From NCBI GenBank assembly GCA_051439565.1, contig JBFRWL010000139.1, positions 1-33,456 on the forward strand: a stretch of DNA of 33,456 nucleotides. Direction: 5' to 3'. Source of the stretch: Prochloraceae cyanobacterium. GTDB taxonomy: Bacteria; Cyanobacteriota; Cyanobacteriia; Cyanobacteriales; JBFRWL01. How positions within the stretch are numbered: position 1 is the first letter of the stretch; each line of letters opens with the position of its first letter. The translations under genes and the position numbers were made by a program. Positions 18,397 through 26,487 of the stretch are shown here, in pieces. The notes under the pieces are model-generated. The model did no database searches. It had not been told where the DNA came from and was given only the letters and a program-made list of their open reading frames with translations.

Positions 18397-18880
18397 AACT
18401 TTGAAAAGGTTCCTTTATTTTTTTCTACCTGTCAATCTATTTTCTGTCAATATTTTACCTTATAAAAAAGATAACGTTAAATATTTATCCCTGGGCAAGT
18501 TTTTTTTCAAAAATTATAAATTCGATCATACAATGGTCACAATAGATTAATCTATGTTACTAGAGTAAAAGCCCAACTAGATTGATGGACTAGCAATTAT
18601 CAAAAATAAAGAAAGATTAATAAGTGCTGCTCGAGCTACCATAGTCGATCACAGCAAGTTTCATATTGGGTAAAACCAACCCGAATCTTAAGGATATTTT
18701 ATTGAGGAGCAGGTGTGGAAATTAGATTAAAGCTATTGGGACAGTAGATGTCTTAGACTAGAATCATTGAAGAAAAAATTCCTCAATTGGTGAGGACTGA
18801 CAAACTAGGAGAAAAATTAGCTCATTTCTCAACCATAATAAGAACTCGGTCAGTATTGGAAGAATTAAGAGTTTTTTAAT

Positions 18881-19876
18881 ATGCAAGTTCTCTTCAAAGT
18901 AATTCGACAGAAGCACGACACAACTCCTAGAGTTGAAACTTATCCCCTGGATGTGGAACCAGAAAACACAATTCTAGAATGTCTCAATCGAATCAAGTGG
19001 GAATTGGATGGAAGTTTAGCTTTTCGCAAAAATTGTCGCAATACAATTTGCGGAAGCTGTGGGATGAGGATTAATGGTCGCTCGGCTTTAGCTTGTAAGG
19101 AAAATGTAGGTAGCGAGCTATTACGACAGCCAAAAATAACTAGCTCAAAAATACCAGAAATCGTCTTAGCACCGATGGGCAATATGCCAGTAATTAAAGA
19201 CTTAGTAGTAGATATGAAAGGTTTCTGGGGACGTCTGGAGGCGATCGAACCCTACGTCAGTACTAGTGCGAGAAAAATTCCCGAGCGAGAATTTCTTCAA
19301 ACTCCCGAAGAGCGATCGCGCCTAGATCAAATGGGTAATTGTATATTATGCGGTGCCTGTTATTCCGAATGCAATGCTCGCGAGGTCAACTCAGATTTTG
19401 TTGGACCCCATGCCTTGGCTAAAGCACAACGGATGGTAGCAGATTCTCGCGATGATAATACAGAAGCACGACTGGAGAAATATAACCAAGAAACTCAAGG
19501 AGTATGGGGTTGTACCCGCTGTTATATGTGTAATGCAGTTTGTCCGATGGATGTCGCTCCCATGGACCAAATCGGCAAAATTAAACAGCAAATTTTACAA
19601 CGTAAAGACGCTCAAGCTAGTCGTTCAATCCGTCACCGCAAAGTATTAGTAGATTTAGTCAAACAAGGCGGTTGGATTGACGAGCGCAAGTTTGGTGTGA
19701 TGGTGGTAGGGAATTATTTTCGTGATCTGCGCGGGTTACTGGGAATCGTTCCTTTGGGGTTACGGATGTTGGTAACAAATAAGTTTCCCCTCTCATTTGA
19801 GGCTTCCGAGGGGACAGATGAGGTGCGATCGCTCATTGAATCAGTTCAGCAAAGTCAAGAACAAGTAGAAATGTGA
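18881..19876 (+). CDS. sdhB: Succinate dehydrogenase/fumarate reductase iron-sulfur subunit (orphan, with C-terminal extension)
   Basis: It has the 2Fe-2S motif CRNTICGSCGMRINGRSALAC, the 4Fe-4S motif CILCGACYSEC and a third cluster motif CTRCYMCNAVCP. No sdhA or sdhC is in the window. Confidence 0.85.
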   Translation: MQVLFKVIRQKHDTTPRVETYPLDVEPENTILECLNRIKWELDGSLAFRKNCRNTICGSCGMRINGRSALACKENVGSELLRQPKITSSKIPEIVLAPMGNMPVIKDLVVDMKGFWGRLEAIEPYVSTSARKIPEREFLQTPEERSRLDQMGNCILCGACYSECNAREVNSDFVGPHALAKAQRMVADSRDDNTEARLEKYNQETQGVWGCTRCYMCNAVCPMDVAPMDQIGKIKQQILQRKDAQASRSIRHRKVLVDLVKQGGWIDERKFGVMVVGNYFRDLRGLLGIVPLGLRMLVTNKFPLSFEASEGTDEVRSLIESVQQSQEQVEM

Positions 19877-19893
19877 CCGGGTTGGTCTGTACA

Positions 19894-19915
19894 GGGGTGA
19901 GGGGAGTGTGGGGAG
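19894..19915. repeat. G-rich dispersed motif directly after the sdhB stop
   Basis: ggggtgaggggagtgtggggag contains the 14-mer gggagtgtggggag, which is also present as the reverse complement within 670-692 inside the large membrane-protein CDS. Confidence 0.4.
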
Positions 19916-19959
19916 AAACAAACAACAAATAACCAGCAGCTAACACCTAATACCTGCTT

Positions 19960-21294
19960 TCACCGAGTAGTTTTCTCTCCAGACCCCAGATTTTTGCTGT
20001 ACTGAACTCGATAGATTCTCCCATTGGCTTCTTCAGAAAATAGCAAACTGCCGTCTGGTAGTATCAGTAAACCTACAGGACGACCCCAAGTAGTTGGTAC
20101 AGACGGATTAAGTAAAAAGCCAGTGAGAAAATCTTCATAGTACCCTTGGGGTCTTCCCTGGCTGTTGAAGGGGACAAAAACAATTTTGTAGCCAGTACCT
20201 CGATCGCGATTCCAAGAACCCCGAAAAGCTACAAAAGCTCCGTTATGATATCTTTGCGGAAAAGTATTTCCGTCATAAAATTGCAGTCCTAAAGCCGCTG
20301 AGTGAGACTGGAAGAGAACATCAGGGGTTTTAGTTTGCGCTGCTAGTTGGGGATTAGTGCTTTTGGCATTACGCACTTGACGGGGATCGAGTAAATGTGG
20401 TGCTAGATAAGTGTAGGGCCATCCGTAAAATTCTCCTGGAACAATGCGCGTGAGGTAATCAGGCACCAAGTCATCCCCTAGTCTATCTCGTTCGTTGACA
20501 GTGGTATAAAGTTCTTTGGTAAAAGGATGAAAATCTAAACCTACTGGGTTGCGCAAACCATAAGCAAAGGTTTGGCGATCGGAACCGTCTAAATTGATTA
20601 TCTGCACGGAAGCGCGAGGGAGGGGTTCAACATCAACATTAGAACGGGAACCGATCGAAACATAAAGTTTTTTTCCGTCTGGTGAGACTATGACATTGCG
20701 CGTCCAGTGCTGTCGATATCCGCCGCCAGGAAGATCGGTGATTTTTTCACCCCGACCAGTAATTTTTTCTTGTCCTGGAGTGTAAGGATATCTCCTAACA
20801 GCATTGTGATTGCCGAGGAAGAAATAACCATCAGCAAAGGCCATACCGAAGGGGATATCTAGTCCATTTTCTGAGTTGGCAAAAGTTTTACGCACCTCAG
20901 CAACACCATCTCCGTTACTGTCGCGCAAGAGGCGAATTCGGTTTTTACGGGTTTCGGTAACTAAAAGATCGCCACTGGGAGTTAGAGTTAACCAGCGGGG
21001 ACGATCTAAACCTTCGGCAAAAACGTTAACTTGAAAACCAACAGGAACTTTAAGTATGGGATTCTCTGGAATACTTACTACGCGCGGTGGTTTAGAAGCA
21101 CTGTTAGTAGCGTAGGGTTGGGGTAAATCTTCTAGACTAATGCGAATTGGTTGAGGGTTTAGGGTGTTGGTGTCGATCGAGTTTTTACTGGTAACAGTAG
21201 CAGACTGCTGTATATTTAGCTTCTCAATAGAAACACTTTTGGTCCTGCAACCAGCTATAAGAATTAATAACAGTATAAATATGTTTTTTAACAT
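19960..21294 (-). CDS. PQQ-dependent sugar (glucose/sorbosone) dehydrogenase-family beta-propeller lipoprotein
   Basis: It has a lipoprotein signal MLKNIFILLLILIAGC and propeller blocks such as GLRNPVGLDFHP, GWPY and FVAFRGSWNR, typical of soluble PQQ-type dehydrogenases. Confidence 0.8.
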   Translation of the reverse strand: MLKNIFILLLILIAGCRTKSVSIEKLNIQQSATVTSKNSIDTNTLNPQPIRISLEDLPQPYATNSASKPPRVVSIPENPILKVPVGFQVNVFAEGLDRPRWLTLTPSGDLLVTETRKNRIRLLRDSNGDGVAEVRKTFANSENGLDIPFGMAFADGYFFLGNHNAVRRYPYTPGQEKITGRGEKITDLPGGGYRQHWTRNVIVSPDGKKLYVSIGSRSNVDVEPLPRASVQIINLDGSDRQTFAYGLRNPVGLDFHPFTKELYTTVNERDRLGDDLVPDYLTRIVPGEFYGWPYTYLAPHLLDPRQVRNAKSTNPQLAAQTKTPDVLFQSHSAALGLQFYDGNTFPQRYHNGAFVAFRGSWNRDRGTGYKIVFVPFNSQGRPQGYYEDFLTGFLLNPSVPTTWGRPVGLLILPDGSLLFSEEANGRIYRVQYSKNLGSGEKTTR

Positions 21295-21306
21295 ATTTTT
21301 TCCTTA

Positions 21307-21451
21307 ATAAGTAGGTAAGCAAAAATAAATATAAAACCGAAATGAGCAGTTAGCTGTTTGTTGATTGCTGATTGTTATTGTCTCCCTTGTCTCCCCTGCC
21401 CCCTAACTCTTCTCTCAATCATTTTCTAATTAATTTGACCGACCTACTTAT
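21307..21451. mobile_element. MITE-like element with perfect 10-bp terminal inverted repeats (ATAAGTAGGT ... ACCTACTTAT)
   Basis: The inverted repeats are at 21307-21316 and 21442-21451. The interior carries the 19-mer ttgtctcccttgtctcccc, whose reverse complement is at 602-620. The right half is about 90% identical to 5476-5519. It has no coding capacity. Confidence 0.5.
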
Positions 21452-21634
21452 ACGGTTGAAGCAAGTGAGTGGAGTCAAAAAATTTGGCTCGAACTCGAAA
21501 AATTCAAAAATTGACTTTCTTATCTATACAGAGGTGACTTAGTCCGTCTCTCTGGTTACAAAAAATGTAACACAACCACCATTCGAGCATTAAAGAAGAC
21601 ATACTGGAGCAAAACTTAAACTATTGCTTATCTT

Positions 21635-22558
21635 ATGCTTTTTCAAGATGCTCGCGATTATCAAATTCTTTTTCTTTCCCTGTTCCTGTTTGTTGGTATT
21701 AGTACTAGGGATTGGACGCTGCAACCAGATTTAATCCTGGTAACGATCGCTAGTTGTCTCTTGACTCAGTTTTGTTTATCATTTTTTATTAATTTTGTCA
21801 AGAGTAAAAACAAATGTGATTTACCAGTTAAGCAGACATCTGCAAAATTATATCACCAAGTGAGCCTAGCGGCGATCGGTCAGTTGCGTAGTGCGATAAT
21901 TACAGCTTTAGGACTGTGCTTGCTTCTTCGTGCTAACGACTACACTACTATGGCGATCGCTGCTTGTTTAGCCATAGCTAGTAAGTTCCTATTTCGCTTT
22001 CGAAACAAGCATTTTTTTAACCCAGCCAACTTTGGTATTATTGCAGTTTTAATTATTACTAATGATGCTTGGATTTCTCCCGGACAATGGGGAACAGATT
22101 GGTGGTATTTACTGCTATTTCTTGGCACTGGAGGCACCATATTAAGAAAAGTCGGTCGTTGGGATACATCGGCTGCTTTTTTGTTAGCTTATTCTGGATT
22201 AGAAGCGATACGTAATCTTTGGTTGGGTTGGAGTTGGAATGTCTGGCAACATCAATTAATGAGTGGTACTTTATTGCTGTTTGCTCTGTTTATGTTGACC
22301 GATCCTCGGTCTATTCCTGATGCACGTATTAGTCGTTTAATTTGGGCAATTAGTATTGCTTTGCTGAGTTTTATTCTCGGAAATTATTTCTTTGTTACTC
22401 AGGCAATTTTCTGGACTTTATTCTTTGTTTCTCCTTTGACTATTTTCTTAGATTCGATTTGGAATGCACCTCGGTTTAATTGGCAGTCTCATTTACACGA
22501 CAATCGCTGCGATCGCACAGGTATAAAATTCAGTTTGCTTCCAAGCGTAACCCAGTAA
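21635..22558 (+). CDS. NqrB/RnfD-family polytopic membrane protein (orphan)
   Basis: It has about 8-9 TM helices. LLLFALFMLTDPRSIP matches the conserved FFM-x-TDP block of NqrB/RnfD, and the N-terminal DARDYQILFLSLFL is typical of stand-alone RnfD-like proteins as recalled. No other rnf or nqr genes are in the window. Confidence 0.62.
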   Translation: MLFQDARDYQILFLSLFLFVGISTRDWTLQPDLILVTIASCLLTQFCLSFFINFVKSKNKCDLPVKQTSAKLYHQVSLAAIGQLRSAIITALGLCLLLRANDYTTMAIAACLAIASKFLFRFRNKHFFNPANFGIIAVLIITNDAWISPGQWGTDWWYLLLFLGTGGTILRKVGRWDTSAAFLLAYSGLEAIRNLWLGWSWNVWQHQLMSGTLLLFALFMLTDPRSIPDARISRLIWAISIALLSFILGNYFFVTQAIFWTLFFVSPLTIFLDSIWNAPRFNWQSHLHDNRCDRTGIKFSLLPSVTQ

Positions 22559-22585
22559 TTAACTTAAAATTTAGAGGATTTAACC

Positions 22586-23899
22586 ATGAAAAGATTACGA
22601 TTTTTACTAGCTATTATCTCAGCTGTAGTTAGTTTAATTTGTTTCGCCGAACCAGTTTGGGCATTTTGCGGTTTTTATGTAGCAAAAGCTGATGCTAATC
22701 TTTACAATCAAGCTTCTCAGGTAATTATTGCTAAGGATGGCGATCGCACAGTTTTAACTATGGCAAATGACTATCAAGGTGATGTGGAAGATTTTGCCTT
22801 AGTTGTACCCGTCCCTGTTGTTTTGCAAGAAGAGCAAGTTCGCATTGGTAATCCTAAAATTATCCAAAGGTTAGATAATTTTAGTGCTCCTAGATTGGTC
22901 GAATATTTTGATTCTAATCCTTGTCAAGTTTATCGTTCTAAAAAACCATCGGTATTGCAACAAGAAGCAGCAACTAGCGATGAGAACAGAGAATTAAAAA
23001 GAGATGAAACTTTAGGTGTAACTGTAGAACAACAGTTTACTGTCGGTGAATATGACATTCTCATTCTTAGTGCTAAAGAATCTAACGGACTAGAAATTTG
23101 GCTCAGACAAAATGGTTATAAAATTCCCCAGGGTGCGAGTCGTTTATTACGGCCTTATATCCGGCAAAATATGAAATTTTTCGTAGCTAAAGTTAATCTC
23201 AAAGAATATGACAGCAAAGGTTTTAGCTCTCTTCGTCCTCTTATGATGGCCTATGAATCGCCAAAATTTATGTTACCAATTCGTTTGGGTATGATTAATG
23301 CTAAAAACGCACAAGATTTGATTGTTTATTTACTTTCACCCCGAGGTCAGAGTGAGTTGACCAATTATCGTACAGTCAAAGTACCTTCAAATGTAGATAT
23401 TCCTGAGTTTGTCGAACAAAAATTTAATGACTTTTATAAAGCCATGTTTCAAACTGCCTACGAACGGGAAAACAAAAAGGTAGCCTTTATCGAATATGCT
23501 TGGAATATGGGAAGCTGCGATCCTTGTTCTGCTCAACCTTTAAACCGAGATGAATTGCGGCAAGCTGGCGTATTTTGGCTTAATTCTAGATCTCGCCAAA
23601 ATGTATTTATTACCCGTCTCCACGTGCGTTATACTCGCAGTACTTTTCCTGAGGATTTATACTTTCAAGAAACATCAAATCGTCAATTTTTCCAGGGTCG
23701 TTACGTAATTCGTCATCCCTATAGAGGAGAAATAAATTGCGGTGCAGCACAAGAATATCAACAGTCTGTGCGACAGCGACAAGAACGAGAAGCACAGACA
23801 TTAGCCAAGTTAACTGGCTGGGATCTTAATGATATTCGCAGCAAGATTAATTTTGTAGAAAATAAACCAGTTCCTTGGTGGCACAGACTTTGGAATTAA
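22586..23899 (+). CDS. Secreted DUF2330-like protein
   Basis: A Sec signal peptide (LAIISAVVSLICFAEPVWA) is followed at once by FCGFYVAKADANLYNQASQVIIAKDGDRTVLTM, with conserved Cys positions (DSNPC, GSCDPCS). The family assignment is from memory. The gene starts 27 nt after the RnfD-like gene. Confidence 0.6.
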   Translation: MKRLRFLLAIISAVVSLICFAEPVWAFCGFYVAKADANLYNQASQVIIAKDGDRTVLTMANDYQGDVEDFALVVPVPVVLQEEQVRIGNPKIIQRLDNFSAPRLVEYFDSNPCQVYRSKKPSVLQQEAATSDENRELKRDETLGVTVEQQFTVGEYDILILSAKESNGLEIWLRQNGYKIPQGASRLLRPYIRQNMKFFVAKVNLKEYDSKGFSSLRPLMMAYESPKFMLPIRLGMINAKNAQDLIVYLLSPRGQSELTNYRTVKVPSNVDIPEFVEQKFNDFYKAMFQTAYERENKKVAFIEYAWNMGSCDPCSAQPLNRDELRQAGVFWLNSRSRQNVFITRLHVRYTRSTFPEDLYFQETSNRQFFQGRYVIRHPYRGEINCGAAQEYQQSVRQRQEREAQTLAKLTGWDLNDIRSKINFVENKPVPWWHRLWN

Positions 23900-23901
23900 A
23901 C

Positions 23902-24062
23902 GAAGGCAGGAGGCAGATGGCAGAGGGTAGAAGGCCAATTTAAAAGAAGATTTAAACCCCTTTTAATTGAAGTAAATTCATCTGCGATCCAAGAGAGGAA
24001 TTAAACCTAATTGGCGTAAGGATATGTAGACTTTATTATTATCATTATCCTCCCTTCTGCCC
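23902..24062. repeat. Inverted-repeat element built from the GGCAGRRG motif (left arm 23902-23933, complementary right arm 24049-24062)
   Basis: The left arm gaaggcaggaggcagatggcagagggtagaagg is matched downstream by cctcccttctgccc, whose reverse complement is gggcagaagggagg. It starts directly after the DUF2330-like stop. Confidence 0.45.
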
Positions 24063-24305
24063 AGGGCTATTTCATTATCAACACAATGAACCAAGAAATA
24101 AATTTCTTTGCTGAGATTTAAAGTCCGTTTAAACAGACTTTGGTTATTAGACAGAGAATGAATTCTCTGGCTGGTGAGAATCAAATAGACCTGGTTTGAG
24201 ATAATGTATTATCCCATTTTCTTTTTCAGATGTTACACAGGCAAGGGGGATCATAGGTCAGAGATCGGAAGTAACAGCCAACATCCAACACCTATCTTCA
24301 TCAAG

Positions 24306-24421
24306 TAAGCTGATGTGTATCTAAATTGCATATCATTCAGTTAGGAAACCAACTGTCTCCCCCTCTCTCCGTCAGTCCCTACTAGTCAATTAAATGCTGG
24401 ACAGCTTAGTTTGCAGATAGA
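24306..24421 (+). repeat. ~120-nt dispersed TIR element, copy B (see 10571-10694)
   Basis: The sequence taagctgatgtgtatctaaattgcatatcattcagttaggaaaccaac ... ccgtcag ... aattaaatgctggacagcttagtt matches copy A. The hairpin difference from copy A (c to t) turns a C-G pair into a U-G wobble on the plus strand. It ends 2 nt from the stop codon of the 24424-24645 gene. Confidence 0.45.
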
Positions 24422-24423
24422 CC

Positions 24424-24645
24424 CTAGTTTTCCGAAGAGTCAGCCTTGTTCTTTTCTAAGTTGACTTTTGGCACCCAGTCAGGAACATCAGCATCTTCCC
24501 AACCCGCAGGGCGTTTAGAATTATACCAAGCAATAGAGCCAATAATTATAGCGATTAAAAAACCCCCTGCAAGAATGGCTATAAAAGACCACTGAACATA
24601 GGTGGAATAATTAGAATTAGTTGTTACTTCCAATAATAGATTCAT
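24424..24645 (-). CDS. Small single-TM membrane protein, possibly Psb35-related
   Basis: The 73-aa protein has one TM (WSFIAILAGGFLIAIIIGSIAWY) followed by NSKRPAGWED, which I recall as characteristic of Psb35 (Ssl2148)-like proteins. An AGGAAG Shine-Dalgarno lies 5 nt upstream of the ATG. The name is tentative. Confidence 0.5.
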   Translation of the reverse strand: MNLLLEVTTNSNYSTYVQWSFIAILAGGFLIAIIIGSIAWYNSKRPAGWEDADVPDWVPKVNLEKNKADSSEN

Positions 24646-24926
24646 CTTATCTTCCTGCTGGAGACCCCCAATTTATTAGGAGAGGAAAGCAGGGCAGGCT
24701 GTACCACTTTCCTATTGACAATTTGGAAAAAAATTCGCTAAGAACTTTACTTCGACACGAAACATGTCGTGGATAAGCCTACTAATTATAGCGCCACTTA
24801 TACCCACCTAGTTATCACTGAATATTTTCTCAAGTGCAATCAAAGGTTATAGAGGGATATGCTCATCAAGTAGTGGGTGGTGATTGACTTTGCGAAGAGT
24901 TTAGGACGCGGTGACGCAGTGAATTC

Positions 24927-24950
24927 GCCGTGTCCTCGTGTCTCCGTGTC
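24927..24950. repeat. Three tandem octamers (gccgtgtc ctcgtgtc tccgtgtc)
   Basis: The direct tandem repeat is visible in the sequence about 50 nt downstream of the HLIP stop on the minus strand. Confidence 0.5.
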
Positions 24951-24997
24951 TGGAATGTCAGTCTCAATCGAAAACCAACAGGTTTCGATCGCATTCG

Positions 24998-25210
24998 TTA
25001 CAGACTAGTTAGCCACCCAACTATGCCGTGTCCAGTAATAGCTTCCAATGTCAAGAGTGATACAAAACCAATCATCGCTAGACGGCCATTAAGCTTTTCC
25101 GCATACTCGGTAAAGCCAGTCCTTGAGGTCTGATCTACATAAACTTTAGGTTCAACTGCAAAGTTGTTGAGTCGTCCTCCATCTTCAGTTGTGTAGCCGC
25201 GTACTGTCAT
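24998..25210 (-). CDS. hli: High-light-inducible protein (HLIP; one-helix CAB/ELIP/HLIP family)
   Basis: The 70-aa protein carries the chlorophyll-binding signature [27 protein letters not shown], with an AAGGA Shine-Dalgarno upstream. Confidence 0.9.
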   Translation of the reverse strand: MTVRGYTTEDGGRLNNFAVEPKVYVDQTSRTGFTEYAEKLNGRLAMIGFVSLLTLEAITGHGIVGWLTSL

Positions 25211-25394
25211 TTATTTTTCCTTATTTCTACTTTATGTAAATAAATATAACAGAAAGTAAATTATATTTACAATAGTTTGACATATATTAAAAAATATAAT
25301 AATCTGCCGAGTGAGCGATTAGCCTTTAAAGAAAACTTAATCGTCAGTTCGACAGCTATCAGATTACTGGCAAAAATTTAGCCTTGGGAGAATA

Positions 25395-26066
25395 TCAGGC
25401 GGCCTTCCTATTAGACCAATCGCGAGGAAGACGAGGGGAAGTAGGATCTAGTGTTAGTAAATGCTCGATATTGCGTACAATTGTATTGGAGATAAAATCT
25501 AGGGGCAGGTCGTTGAGATCGCGTCCGAAAGGCTCTTCAATCTCAGCGCCAATTTCATTGATACTGAGTATAACTAAACTAATGAAAGCCATGGCTGGAC
25601 AAGTCCACCAGCCTATACTTTGAATTAATTCAAAGGGCAGCAGTAAGAAGTAAACTATTAAGAGTATATTAAGAACGATCGTGTAAATGATGGGTACTGG
25701 CGTTTTCAAAATACGTTCGCAGCCACCCAGGATATCTACCATATCATCTATGTCTGCCTGCAAAGTATTAAGCTGAAAAACATTGATTTTTTTCTGGTTA
25801 TACTGTTGCTGCAAGTAATCAGCGAGCCAGAAAGCAATTTCTAGAGGAGCGTGTTGTACTTCTTGCAACCTCTGATACTGCCACTGTGACATTAATGGCA
25901 TTAATTCAGAATTGACTGGTTCGCTTCGCAGATGATATTTCATCGCTACAGCAAAGGCAGGAACTAGTTGTGCCGCCGCCCGTTTTTCTTCTTTATCTCT
26001 TGATGAGCGTTCTTCAAGGATCTGTGGAAGGTTTTTCTGGTGACCGGAGCCAAATGATTTTTCTGA
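25395..26066 (-). pseudogene. Bestrophin/YneE (UPF0187) family anion-channel homolog lacking the N-terminal ~100 residues
   Basis: GGCERILKTPVPIIYTIVL...LLLPFELIQ...EIEEPFGRDLNDLPLDFI aligns with E. coli YneE AGCERIAYTPIPFAYTLIL...EELEDPFGTENNDLPLDAI as recalled. The homologous frame stays open 41 codons upstream of the first ATG (25943) and then hits a stop at 26067-26069. The two N-terminal TM helices and the GFRNN..Y.R..EAR block are absent. Confidence 0.6.
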
Positions 26067-26487
26067 TTATTATTAGTTGGTTGAACCATTTCTAGTAATC
26101 CTATAAATTTTGTTGATGGCGTAGAGCTTGCATAATTGTACGGACGTTACTGTGAATGTTGTCCCGGTTGTATCGAATCTTGCTTGTGTTGATGATGTTG
26201 TCTTTGATTTTGTTCATTTTGTTAGATTGGCTACTTTTCTCAGCTCAATTTGTAGGTTTTTGTATGTTTTGATTATCTTTTTATTCTGGAAAAAACAGTT
26301 CGGCAAAATGACTATATCGGGGTCAGTAAATTCCCTTAATTATTGTTGATTAATAAAAATTTACTTATACTATTTGTGAAATATAAGCTAAGTTTTTAAG
26401 TTATTTAGCCGATAGCTGACTCGAGATGAAAAAATTATTATATATAAAGCACAACTACATGTCGCAGAATAGCAAAATTTAATATAT

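Noticed and set aside
23978-24184. 68-aa minus-strand ORF between the DUF2330-like and Psb35-like genes.
   Set aside because: It overlaps the inverted-repeat element 23902-24062, lies in AT-rich sequence with no Shine-Dalgarno, and its sequence has no recognisable features. It is probably non-coding.
25233-25273. HLR1-like (RpaB-type) TTTACA motifs upstream of the HLIP gene: tatgtaaa at 25233-25240, aaagtaaa at 25253-25260 and tttacaat at 25266-25273.
   Set aside because: Canonical HLR1 is a direct repeat of (G/T)TTACA(T/A)(T/A) separated by 2 nt. Here the spacing is 12 nt, one copy is inverted, and the region is so AT-rich that such hexamers are expected by chance. I do not call it as a feature.
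26128-26349. 73-aa plus-strand ORF, and a 39-codon minus-strand ORF (about 26105-26224), in the gap upstream of the truncated bestrophin gene.
   Set aside because: The region is GT-rich/AC-rich low-complexity DNA. The translations are compositionally skewed (V/F/C-rich or N/K/Q-rich), with no start context and no similarity I recognise.
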